DNA from: Toensbergia leucococca
Taxonomy: Eukaryota
Length of the DNA stretch: 49,937 nucleotides
Assembly (NCBI GenBank): GCA_022813965.1
Contig: JALDZS010000029.1
Coordinates: forward strand, 124,001 to 173,937
Direction of reading: 5' to 3'
In this document: positions 1-11,549 of the stretch, piece by piece
Position numbering within the stretch: the stretch's first letter is position 1
Layout: every line of letters starts with the position of its first letter
The notes under the pieces: model-generated
Databases searched by the model: none
What the model was told of the DNA's origin: nothing
The model's input: only the letters and a program-made list of their open reading frames with translations
Position numbers and translations under genes: made by a program

Positions 1-83
1 TTCAGAGAATTATCAATGTACCAAAGAGGGGTGTCGGTGTATTAGTAGCCAACTAATATGGGTTAGCTGCGGTGCAATGGTAC

Positions 84-1439
84 CTATGAAGAATCCCTTC
101 TCGTCTCTACATCGACAATCTCTTTAATCCATTGTTGGACCTTTTCGGCTATCACCTCACTGTGATCTAGTTGGTGATCCCAATACTTTAGCACGAGTAC
201 ATCTCAAGGGATGCTAAACTCACCAATACAAAAGCTGTGTGGGATGCTGTCCTGATCGATCAACATGTACGGCCCCCGATTTTCTCGACCCAATCCGGTG
301 CGCTTTATTGATTGGGAAGTCCGGGCCGCTATCAATTCGTCTCGTGTTTGATTTGCGACCCAGTGATCCTAACGTGCCATGAATAAAATACGGAGCATGG
401 AGAAAAGCAGATCAGTCTTACTTCCTTACCCCAATAGAATACAAGCTGTGGGCTTGCAGTATCCTGTTCAGCCTCTTTGGGTTTGCCAGTAGCTCCCCAG
501 ATTTCTTCTTGCCATTTGTCTCCAGTAATCATCAGCATCTCGTCTTTAGCCAGGTGTCTGTAATTGAAATATTAGTAAAGTCCTCTACATGCAGATTTCG
601 TCAAATCAGAGAATAGTTGGACATATAGACTTACAAAGCTTGTCTAACACCAATCGGGCTCTGGATGAATGCAGTGGTTGTTTTCGCTGCATGCATTGGG
701 AAAGCCGTGACTAGTTTGACAATTTCATAAAGTATAGCTATAGGAACAACAAACACCAAAGTGCGGACTAATATGCCAGCAACAAGGGCCAAATGGGGTA
801 TTCGACATAATTTCTAGGCGGTCTCAGAATATCACCAGGCACGGTCGGAGTGTGCCAGAAGTGCATCAACGGTGGACTCACACTGAAGACAAGGCCGGAA
901 GACGATTTGCTGAGGTGTGTAATGGTAGGGAATAGCAAAATTCCACCAACGATTTGAAAGTCTTCCCTGCCACTCTTTACATTCATGAGGTGACGGGAGA
1001 TGATTTCAAGTAGTATAAAACTCCCCACAGAATGTCCTATCAGGATGACTTTAGGTGCCATTTCGCTTCTATTACTTGGTAATGGCGGTCTAATCAGTCG
1101 CACTTCTTTATGCAATAGAATCTCAATCCTCAGAATCTGATCCTGGAGTCCAGCTGGGAGCGTGCATATCATTTCATCTTGTGTTTTTAAAGTATCAAAA
1201 CCAGCCAAAGAAAAACCGCAGATGTGGAAACGAGTTGAGGATGAGGAAAAGGAAGTAGAGAGGAGAGATTTCAAGGTTGCCAAGAAAGGTTCGTAATAGG
1301 ATATCAGACCTGGATTACCCGTTATGAAAAACACGAGGATGTCTTCTGTCTCGATGCCATCAAGAATAGGTCGAGCTGAGTACCGAAGTACATTTTTTAT
1401 TTCGGCAGAAAATCCTGAGGGGGGTCTGACAGATTCCAT
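84..1439 (-). CDS. Lipid droplet-associated serine hydrolase (LDAH/YPR147C-like alpha/beta hydrolase), 5 exons
   Basis: Motifs FFITGNPGLISYY and GHSVG (GxSxG nucleophile); later exons give FYWGKE|DHWV and IPHSFCI|DHSEVIAEKV. Four GT-AG introns join in frame (donors at 881, 634, 421, 223). ATG 1439, TAG 84-86. Confidence 0.85.
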
Positions 1440-2048
1440 TGGGATAGGCAAGTATCTAAGCTGTTGTACGCAGAAGACTCGGTCCTAGAAGCATATGATA
1501 TGAACATTGGAAAGGTACCTAGGCTACAGAAGCAACTTCGGTCAAAAAAGATAAGATTTCTCTGGTCAACGGTACAAAAGCTATCAATTTCGTAAAGCTC
1601 ATAGAAATTCAGTGAGGAAAGAGGTTCGCAGGAAGTAAAGAGCCCCCCGAGCCCCCCTATTCATTTTCAACACGAAAACCTCGCCTAATTTCCTCACATT
1701 CGGCCTCAGGTGGTGCATGATGCTGGAATAGGCTCTTCATCCCCAAACCGAGTGAAACTAGACTCACAACATTCCTCAAGTATTCAATCATTGATGAACT
1801 CTATAGGTCTACAACTTTGTACCTTATGGCTCTCCTCGACGCATATCATTTAGACAACTTCGAACCACGGGCTAAATCTGCATGACTGGCAACAAGCATG
1901 TCACCTCCGCGGCCATCTAGAAGAAAAATGACGGCGGACAAAAGGCTCATTAGACGTCTAATGCCCATAGTCACAAATCATGATTGAAGCTTCATCATAC
2001 ACATTGAAGGCCATAAGAATCCCCCCAACTCTCTGATCAACACCCGAA

Positions 2049-2800
2049 ATGCCTCCTTTAACCCTCTACTTCCTCCAATCCTCCCGCTCGATCAGAATTG
2101 CCTACCTCCTCGAAGAACTCTCCCTCCCCTACACTCTTGAATTCCACAACCGGGCGAACAACGCCGCCCCGCCAGCCTTGAAACAAACATGCGGCACCGG
2201 CCTGGGCAGAGCCCCCGTCCTCAAAGATGGCGACCTCACCATCCAAGAAAGCGGAGCCATCACCGAGTAAACAATTGCTCCCACCACTCAAATAAACAGC
2301 TTTGGGGGCAAGAACTATACCGTTGATTGAAACAAACTGACTCATCCCAGCTACCTCTGCGAAACTTATGACACCTCCCACCGCCTCCTCCCCACTGATC
2401 CCACCCAACGCGTCCAAGTCCGCCAATGGATCCATGCCGCCGAAGGCACTTTCATGGTCCACTGTCTCCCTATCACCTACTCACGCTGGTACTCCCCCAC
2501 CCCGTCCAAAGAAAACGGCACCCTCCAAGAATTGGAAGAGGGGCTCGGCATCAACGTGCGCAAGGATCTCGACTGGCTTGAAGCGGAGCTGGCCAAGGGG
2601 AACGGCAGATTTCTTGTCGGAGACGGCGTGACGGCTGCGGATACGATGATGGCTTTTTCGGTGCAATTTATTTTGGTCAAGGGACTGGGATCGGGGGGGG
2701 GGGGGCGTGGCCCGGGGTGCAGGCGTGGTTGCGGAATTTGGAAAGCGAGGAGGGATATCAGCGAGCTATCAGGAGGACAGGGCATGTTTTGAATCCTTAG
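2049..2800 (+). CDS. Glutathione S-transferase (GTT1-like), with an apparent frameshift in a G13 run
   Basis: N-domain LYFLQSSRSIRIAYLLEEL...GRAPVLKDGDLTIQESGAI; intron 2267-2350; C-domain FLVGDGVTAADTMM. A GST-like C-terminus (AWPGVQAWLRNLESEEGYQRAIRRTGHVLNP*, TAG 2798-2800) lies in another frame after the poly-G. Confidence 0.85.
2693..2705 (+). repeat. G13 homopolymer inside the GST coding sequence
   Basis: tc ggggggggggggg cgtgg read directly; 11 or 14 G would restore the frame. Confidence 0.95.
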
Positions 2801-3366
2801 GAGGTATTGATTAGAGTCTTGTCGAAGATGCCTCAAACGGAAGTGACCTGAGGCTAGGTTGTCGATATGCCTTTGGATGTTGGTAATATGATTCGGCCAA
2901 GCTACACTGATGAGATGGGGTGATACCAGCCGTAAGCAAACGCATGTGCAACGCAAGCTTCAGTGGTCGCGAGAGACAAAAGCCAGTAGCATCTTCGTCT
3001 TTCCCTCTCCTAAATGATCAGGTGCTTAACTTTGCCAAAAATAAATAAGTTAGAGCTTAGACTTCCAGTAACTAAAACGAGCAGCAGAGAATTCATCCGG
3101 CACCCATGATCAAAGAAACAGAATCCGAACCATGATGGGATTTCTTTTGCGTTTTCAAGATTACTGAACTGGATACTAGTTGACAATGCAAGAATACGGT
3201 CAGATTCGCAACACAAAAGTTGGACTTCATAGTATAATGAACAGCTGCCATTAATCTATTACCAATGCTGCTGTCTGACCAGACAAGGCAAAGTTTGACG
3301 TGAACCCGCCGTAGGATCGGGAATGCTAATATGCTACTCAATGCAAAAGCTCAAACCCTAGCCTGG

Positions 3367-5735
3367 CTAATCAGCCTTGATCGCCCTGTTGGACGGGTCA
3401 GCCATATCGTTGGAAAGAATTAATGATAAGCGGTACTCACCCATAGATACGCCGCACAAATGCATATGCAGTAAGGAACCCAACAGTCCCGGTCAACAAT
3501 CCATACACGGTACAAGCTAAAAGACTGTAGCTGAAGAAAAGCAGGCTGGAAACGAACCCCTGGATATTCAGCTTCACGAGATAGTACCACACGCAGTATA
3601 GGAAGACCCAGAAGGCACTTCCGCCGCCTATGAAGATGGATTGCCACCACCAGTGGTAATTCTAGTAGTCATAATTAGTCGCTGCATGGAGAAAATGAGA
3701 AGCAAGGAAATCTAACCTCTGCACAGAGTTGTATGTAAGTTGCCACAATCGTAACTTCGATGACCGTTATGATCAGTACGGCACTGACTACGCTGAGAAA
3801 GCCGAAAACATAATAATATCCACTCTTATCCTGCCACAGGCTCCGAAAGATGAAGAGTAGCTCGATGAAGATGACAGCGAACGGTATGAGGCCTGCGAGT
3901 AGGACGCTATAGATACTCTTGGTGTACCAAGGGTGCTTGGGGATCTGGCGAGCAATTACGTTCGTCTTCGTTGGGTGTTCCCAAGGCTGGCTGCGGTGGT
4001 AGCCATACCAGCTTCCGACATAGACGAGGGGCAGCTGAATTAGAAGCCACAGCGCGGCGAGTCCGAGAAGTGTTCCAAATGGAAGAGCGGTACTCGATGC
4101 TTGTGCCCAGACGAAGAGGTTGAGTATGAAAATTGTGACAAAGAGCAATCCTGGGAACAGTAATGCTGTCTGGGCAGTGTTAGCGAATCTCTATATCAAG
4201 CAGAGCACAGTCCTACCATCAATGTATTCTTCCTCCAATTGAGACCACCAAACGTCTTGTATACCCTTCCAGAGAAATATCCCGAAAAGACTCCGGCGAA
4301 GACAAATAACCCCATACCCACGCTGACGAAGCCACCTCGGAAACTAGGATTCAAAATCCCAAGGCAGCTAAGCGTCAGAAGTCCTATAGCCATGAAGACG
4401 AGTTGCATGCCTGATCCAATTAAAGGAGCTAACAAGCCACCGTATCGTGGAGCCCGGAACACGTCTCCATGAAGGAGCTTCCATCCAGTGGTATCCTCAA
4501 TTGACTCGTCATCGGACGAGAAATCCGTGTCATGATCCGCATCGCCCGTCTGTTCTAACAAGCCTTTCTCCCCTACCCGCGGTGATTTTGCGCCATTCCT
4601 GGTCTTCTTCCGCTTTAGCAAAATCTTTCCTTCTTCGGCTATCCCGTCTTTGCCATGACCTTTGGTATCCCCAGGGACCGTACGATTGAGGATCATTACA
4701 ACGACAGCTGTGAGTAGACCAGCTATGACGAGCGAATTCAAGATGGCCAGCCAGTGGATACCTGTACTTTCCTCTTGGTTTCTGAAGTACATATCCCACC
4801 TGTTTGCCCACTCAATTCGATCGTCTTCACGAAAGTATACAGAGTAGGAATAAGGAATCGTAACCGTCGAGCCATCGTCTGAGTCGTCTTCCTCTGGCAA
4901 GTACGACGAAAATGGATACTTGGAAGCGAGATTGGTGTTATTAGGAGCGATGTAAAGCTCCATGCCGTTGTCGAAATCATCAACATCCCGTGGACACCCT
5001 GTACTGTTCCTGTCGGTAGTTCCAATGCTCTTTGTATATACTTCAAAACCCACGATCACTTTGCCACCGTGTTCGCCCACATTTCCCGGAGCCTTGCGCC
5101 ATCGTAGCACAACTGTCAGGTGATTGTTGATGAAATACCTTGGCTTCCCAGTAACTGGTGAGAAATCTTTGTAGCCCATTTTGTAACCTGCCGCATAGTA
5201 CTTCTGCTTTCTGTCGACGGTGACAAAGCTCGTGGCACCAGGTAAATTATCAACGATCCATTCGGCCACATAACCACCCTCGATGAGCTGCCGAGCGCGT
5301 TTGACACCCTTTCGATCAGTTTCATGACTGCAAAGATAGTGACACTCCTGATCTTGCCCCATTGCCAGGTCATAATCCGAGGTCATGATTCGGTCTCCAC
5401 GGAGTACCTCCCCAAGGTTCAAAGATATACTATGCCCGCTGGCAAAGCCGGCATGCTTCTTACCAGTTGGAGGGCAAACAAAGGGCAAATCGTAATATGC
5501 ATACTGCAGCTGTGTGTTATCGGAGTAGACCTTGTTGACGAAAAGTGGTATGGCCTCGTCCTCGGTGTAGCTTTTGGTCGACCATCCTTGAACGAGTCAG
5601 TATTATGTATGTGGTCTTGAAAGGTGAAAGAAATGTGAAAGAAAGCGTACCTGGTATGTAAAATGCTTGGGCGAAGCTTATCGCGTTGAAAAGGGCAATA
5701 AAGGCAGTAAAGCCCACTCGAAAATCGCCATGCAT
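3367..5735 (-). CDS. tmn3: Transmembrane 9 superfamily (nonaspanin/EMP70) protein, Tmn3-like
   Basis: Signal peptide then AFYIPG|W; SLNLGEVLRGDRI, WIVDNLPGAT, IHWLAILNS, GWKLLHGDVFR, NYHWWWQS; C-terminal RRIYG|AIKAD*. Four introns. Confidence 0.9.
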
Positions 5736-6454
5736 GGTTCACACAATCTGCAATACACACTCTTCGTATAAATTCAAATACAGCTGCACAATTTCATGGA
5801 CTTGCAAACAGGCCGATTCAAGCCAATTGCTTAGTACTGGATCCTTCAGTGTTCGATCCTACGTTGTTTTTTGCGATAAGGCGACTAGGATGTGCCCCAG
5901 CTCTTCCGTTTCAATCTTCTCTGAGGAACAGTTGGTAGACTTTAACGAGCGAAATCGGTACAAAGTACCTGGGTCGAGGATATCACAAAGAAAAAAGGTG
6001 AAATCTAGTCGTAGATGGAGAAAAGGATGAAATAAAAGTCGTTGTAGTTGCAACTCTAGTAGATCTAGATTACGAATCACGCTAAATGTTGCTCAACGGC
6101 CTGGGGTCCATACTAGTGTCCTGTATCAGATAAGGAGCAGTGGAGCACTTCTCACTGAATTTGTCTCAAGGACTTCTTCTACCTTACTCTTGGGCTGTTC
6201 AGAATTCACACACCGAGTCGTATGAACATGATTTCAATCGAACGTCTTACCTAACTCCACATCCTGAAATTGCAGGCACTCCAGGCAACACGGCTGTTCT
6301 TGCGCTGTTGACAACTGACAAGCCTCCAAGGCTCGAGTCGTTATCTAATCTTAATCTCAACTATTTGTCTTCAAGCGACCAATGGAATTGTTCAGGCGTT
6401 GGTACGAAAGAAAACTACTTGTACCTCAAAAAGAAACCTTTGAACAAACCTATT

Positions 6455-7253
6455 ATGCTTGGAGCTTTGTTTGATAAAGCATCCACAATCCTTTCTTCCA
6501 AAATGTCATTGTGTCTACCACCTGGTCTTATGCGTTTTAGATATAAATATCCTGTGGCCCATCAAGGTTGGATGCCTTTCCATCATCCAGACATCCGACG
6601 AAGACGAAGCAAGGTAAGTACCTTTAGACGAAATCTTTGAGTAAATTTCACCCAGATTCTATCTACTTGACTACATACCTCTACCTTCGTTGATCTTTAC
6701 TTCGACTCAACCTCTTCAGTTTCAACTCAAAAATTCAATGCATTCTCTTCATCATCTCGGCCTTCGAATCGAAGACGTCGAGCACGTGCCGGAACGTCTC
6801 TTTGGAAATCATGGCCGTGACCTTGAGAGGAGGTTTTCGCCTGCAACGGTGGAGACTATGCAGACTGCCAGCGATATTATGGATGATATTGACAACTTCT
6901 TATCCCATTTCACACAGGATCTCAATACTATCCATGAGCAGCAGGACAGTCTAGATGAGGATACTTCAGAAGACAGCAGAGACTTGTGGGACTACCTTTT
7001 CTCCGATAGTTCCAGGGCATCCAGTCTTGTAGCAGAACCCACGTACGAAGAGGCAGGTTTGAGCAAAGTCACTGGGCTAAGTAGATCCGACTTCTACGCA
7101 CATCAAGATATGCTAATGAACTATCAATCAGGTTCGACTCTCGACCACGGGATTTCCCACGGCCAATTGATCCAAGAGCTTCAGTCGTCATATCATAGGT
7201 GCGGGGTTTGGAAGTTTCCTGTAAAGAAGATATGGTCACGTGTGTGGTCATAA
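6455..7253 (+). CDS. Hypothetical acidic protein, 2-exon model, no recognisable family
   Basis: ATG 6455; phase-0 donor AAG|GTAAGT at 6614; acceptor CTTCAG ending 6719 joins in frame to the 6690-7253 ORF. No motif recognised. Confidence 0.4.
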
Positions 7254-8445
7254 GGGGTTGAAATGTATAGATAGGTATCAAGGATACGGATTGAATATCA
7301 ACAGAAAATTGGACAGTACCTGCGGCACATCTCACTTGTTGTGAAGAAATAATCACCTCATTTGTTTAGGTTGTTGACTGATAAAAGTTTTAGCAAGCTA
7401 TCTGATGCGTCTCTTGAGCACTACTCGTACCTGTTGACTTCGTGTTGGAGATATGCGGGGTTGTTCCGATTGTAGCCTCAGGACGGTGAGAAACACTCTT
7501 TACATTGTCTTTATGACCTACGTAGTTGTACGAATAAGCGCCAACAGCATTCGAGTGATGTATTCAGCAGTATCTTTCGGCCAGGTGACGTATTCAAGGA
7601 AATGAATCACTTAGATTACACAGATACGACGGTGGAGGATGTTTTATACGATATATATCTGGTAATGAAGTCCTTGCTAATGTCAAGGCTGCCACACGTT
7701 AAGGTAAATCCAACTCGTCGACTGACAAGAACGGCAGAAGCGTACCTTAATTGGTCAGCCACGTATTCATAGAGTAGGTAGTGTGAGTAATCTATTTTTT
7801 ATACGAACACGCATCCGAGATTAGAATAAATCTAAATATAAACCTCATAGCCCGAGAAAGTGTGGCTCACCACCACTGTCTGACTGGCTTGGCAGCAAAT
7901 CTCCTCGTTCTCGGCCACCTCCGTCAAGCCTCTCCAGACTCCAACTACTCTCGTAGGTAGTCGGAGCCGCCAAGATTACTTTGGTACTATTCTACTCGTA
8001 CGAATACGATGTTGTTCCAGCAGCAGCCGTTGCTGATTATTCGCGGACACCGCGTGTTGCCACTGCGCAGTCGACAGAACGCTTTCACATACGAGTGCCA
8101 ATTAGCCAAGCCGTACCCGGGATTACTGATGCCATCAGGTAGCCTTCGTGTAGTAGTACCGAAGCTGGACCAAGCGGTCAGCATGCTTCGTGAGGCAGGC
8201 AGAGCTAACTACGAATATACGGACAGTAGGTAGATTACCGAGCACGCCTGAGGTCTCTACCTCGTGTTAGTAGAGTATAAGATATTCTACTCCTTCCTTC
8301 TTTCTATCCTCATTATTCCACTCGCTGTGTTCAACATTTCCTGACTACTATAAATTTGACACACTCGTTAGTTGTCTGAACTGCATATCATTGATTCATT
8401 TTACTTCCCTACTTTTCAACCTCATCTTTCCGTATCTCTTTCAAT

Positions 8446-9906
8446 ATGTACGCCCCTTTAACCTTCCTTGCTGCTGCCATCGTTGGCTCTGCCACCGCAT
8501 GGGAGAACCAGCCAAACTCTTCTTCTACCCTCTCTCATCCCTCAGCATGGAGTTCTTACTCCACCACATCCACAAGCCCGTCAACATGGGGTACATCGGT
8601 GCCTGTTTCAACGGATACGATGACGACTTATACTACAGTGACGACGTGCCCAGTGACCGTAACGCACAGAACTGGGTCTTCTTTCAGTATTGAAACCACC
8701 CTGACCACATCTACCCTCACGGTAACTAGCTGTAAGGGCGGCTGCCATCACACTACTCTACCACTGCCTTCCGCAACTGGCTCTCTGAGTCTATCGATCC
8801 CAGGTCCTTCCGGCTACTCTTCCCGATCTTCATCAATCTCGATCGCAGTTAGGCCAACTGGCGGTTCCACAAAGCCATACCCCTCGCAGTCCGTAGCCTC
8901 TGGCAGCAAGCCTACCAGCAGCGTCATTACCCAGCCCGGAGGACCAAACCACCCAGTGCCTTCTGCATCAGGCGTGACATCGGTCGCTGTTCCGTCCAAA
9001 AATGCAACCTTGATTGGCTCAGACAAGACTACAACCGTGACCAGCGATGTGCCTTCAACAACTACTGTTACACACATCGGTACAACCGAGATTGTCTCCA
9101 CAGTGACAAGCTTTGTCCCTTGCTCCACTCCTGTTGCAACGTCAGGAGGCTCGACCTATTTCTCCAGCTACATCACTGTATCGTATGAGACCACTACCTA
9201 CATTTCCACCACGACAGGCTACGAGGTCATCTGCCCAAGCACCACCCCAGGCGCTCAATCCCCAGGTAGCGGCGCTCTGACTACAGTCAGTGGCTCTTAC
9301 CCAGGCTCCCCTATCCAGACCACAGGCGGTTCTTCTGCCCCTACAACCGTGGCTCCTGGGCTCACAGTACTCCCACTCTCTCCAGTCCCTGTCCCAACCA
9401 CCTTCCCACCTCACACCATCGTTGGCCCGGCTGTCGGAACCTGCCCTCCAGCCCAAACAGTCTACTCCACCATCGTCACCTCCATTGTCGCAGCAGCAGG
9501 CTCCGCAGGCTCAACCTCGACGTACACTCTTCCCAATGGCTCCCCAGTCACGACAGTCATCCCAGCCGCCACTGCCTGCGACGCCTGCTCAACCTATATT
9601 TTCACCCTCCCCAACGGCTCTCCAATCACCACCGTGATCCCAGCTACTACTCACTGCCCAACTTGCTCAACCTACACATTCACCCTCCCCAACGGATCAC
9701 CAATCACGACCACCATCTCCGCCACCAGCACCGCCTCCACACCTGTTGCGACGGCGACAACATCCGTGATCCTCCCACCTGGAGCCAGCAACAGCGCAAG
9801 TCTACCAGCCGGTACGGTCGTTCCAATCTACCCAACGAACGGAACTCATGCCAGCATGCACCAGAGCAGCGCGCCAGCCAAACCATGGGCCACTCCATCT
9901 AATTGA
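8446..9906 (+). CDS. Secreted Ser/Thr/Pro-rich cell-wall or adhesin-like protein
   Basis: 486-aa intronless ORF; hydrophobic signal peptide MYAPLTFLAAAIVGSATA; very S/T-rich; TTCPVT and SCKGGC segments; three internal repeats; no clear hydrophobic GPI tail. Confidence 0.8.
   Translation: MYAPLTFLAAAIVGSATAWENQPNSSSTLSHPSAWSSYSTTSTSPSTWGTSVPVSTDTMTTYTTVTTCPVTVTHRTGSSFSIETTLTTSTLTVTSCKGGCHHTTLPLPSATGSLSLSIPGPSGYSSRSSSISIAVRPTGGSTKPYPSQSVASGSKPTSSVITQPGGPNHPVPSASGVTSVAVPSKNATLIGSDKTTTVTSDVPSTTTVTHIGTTEIVSTVTSFVPCSTPVATSGGSTYFSSYITVSYETTTYISTTTGYEVICPSTTPGAQSPGSGALTTVSGSYPGSPIQTTGGSSAPTTVAPGLTVLPLSPVPVPTTFPPHTIVGPAVGTCPPAQTVYSTIVTSIVAAAGSAGSTSTYTLPNGSPVTTVIPAATACDACSTYIFTLPNGSPITTVIPATTHCPTCSTYTFTLPNGSPITTTISATSTASTPVATATTSVILPPGASNSASLPAGTVVPIYPTNGTHASMHQSSAPAKPWATPSN
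9523..9723 (+). repeat. Three 78-bp (26-aa) coding tandem repeats TLPNGSP(V/I)TT separated by CxxC
   Basis: LPNG codons start at 9529, 9607 and 9685 (exact 78-nt period); linkers CDAC and CPTC. Confidence 0.9.
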
Positions 9907-10368
9907 GCGGAGAGAAGACGTTGGAGAGCGTAGCAGCCATGAATCAATTTAGCGAGCATATTAGAGGCGTTGGTGGCAATCTTTTTAATTTTAACGGGGT
10001 ACACTTGGCAAACGTGTGGGCCCGATTCATTTTATAATCACAATCCTTAGTAGAGTATCATCGTTATTATCATCAGACGATAGATATCAAGGAAAGTCTG
10101 TTTAATAATCTTTGAACGCATCTCATATCATCGCATAAGAAGTTATGCAACCGTCAATGACTCCTGTTTCATGGTATGCCTCCAGCAACTGATCCTCGAC
10201 CATGATCGAGGATAAGATAATGAATTCTCCCCAGCCCAATGCAATCCAGAAAACCCACAAAATGTGGATGCTCATCGCCAGCGTCGACACTTGAAGTCCA
10301 TAGCCAACAAGCAGGTCCATCATTAGCCCAGCATCTACCAAACCACCACTATCACAATCCCCTCGCAA

Positions 10369-11063
10369 TCATTCATCGTCGAGGTCCTGGTGTCGACCAA
10401 GCACCAATCTCTTGAATTCTGCCGGATCTTTGTCCCATAGCTCAGCTGCCTGTCCGTTCAATGGGCTCGCGCTACAAGGTTGCATTAGCTTAGTGAACCC
10501 GACTCTGCGCCAATGCAAGGCAAAAGAAGCTTCAGCTAAGGAAGAATAGATCAGTAAGCTTACTTATTCGGCTCGCCTAGTAAGCTTTGCAAGCTCAATA
10601 ATACGCTCTGTACGTTATACACGGCACTCCATTTATCCTTCAGAATATCTAAGCAGATGCGGCCCGAGAAGTCGACATTGGGATGAAAGATAGGTGTCTT
10701 GAAGAGGACAGTTGGAGGGGCGTAGGGGTATGTGGGGGGAAAAGCAAAGGAAAGTTTGAAAATTAAAGAGGCGTAGGGAGTTTCGGAGGGTCCTGTGATA
10801 GTGGCAGTCCAGCCGAGGAGATTTCCATCTGTGTTGGGAAAAGCAGAGATGCCGGGGGTGGTGGAGAGCATCAACTGCATGAGTTCTGTTTGAAGGCTAA
10901 CGTGGGATTAATTAGACAGCATGAGAAGAGATTGCTAGCAAACATACCGCTTCGTGACGCTATGCGTATCCTGACGTCGAGAGGTGGACGAGAGCTTGGC
11001 GACTTGGTGCATGGTTGGCAGGCCAGGAGCGGAGTTTTGCGTGTCCTCCATGTTGTAGGTCAT
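10369..11063 (-). CDS. ubc11: Ubiquitin-conjugating enzyme E2-C (APC/C E2, UbcH10/Ubc11 family), 3 exons
   Basis: [66 protein letters not shown] at 10369-10371. Confidence 0.92.
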
Positions 11064-11549
11064 AATTGAAGCAGTAGAACGCTCGAGGCAGGAAGTGGTA
11101 TAGATGAGCTGTGATGGTGGGGGAATGTAGCGTTTGCTTAGCGAATGTTGGTTGTAGAATAGACTATTAAAACAGTTATAGAGATGCACCAAAGGTTGGG
11201 AAGAGGGAGAGATTTTGTAGAGAAGAAGAGAAGCGGGTGACCAGTGGAGAGATTGTTTACGGAGCTACCGTCGCTTCTCAGAATAATGCGCGGGGCAACG
11301 TGACAAAGGAAGCTACGAAGGCCGATCGTGGCTGCTTCAGGCTTGGTCTTCCCGTGACGATCCTTGCTCGCATCTGCTTCCGCGAATCGCTCCGACTTGG
11401 TGCAGAATGTTTGAAACTACCGTGTCGCTGATGTCCAAGATACGAATGACTGGTTGTTCATCTTCACCGACTTTCCAAAGTCGTGTCATCATGCCCGAGC
11501 TACAACCAATATGATCTCACGCACATCAATTAGGTCAGTATAGATTGAC

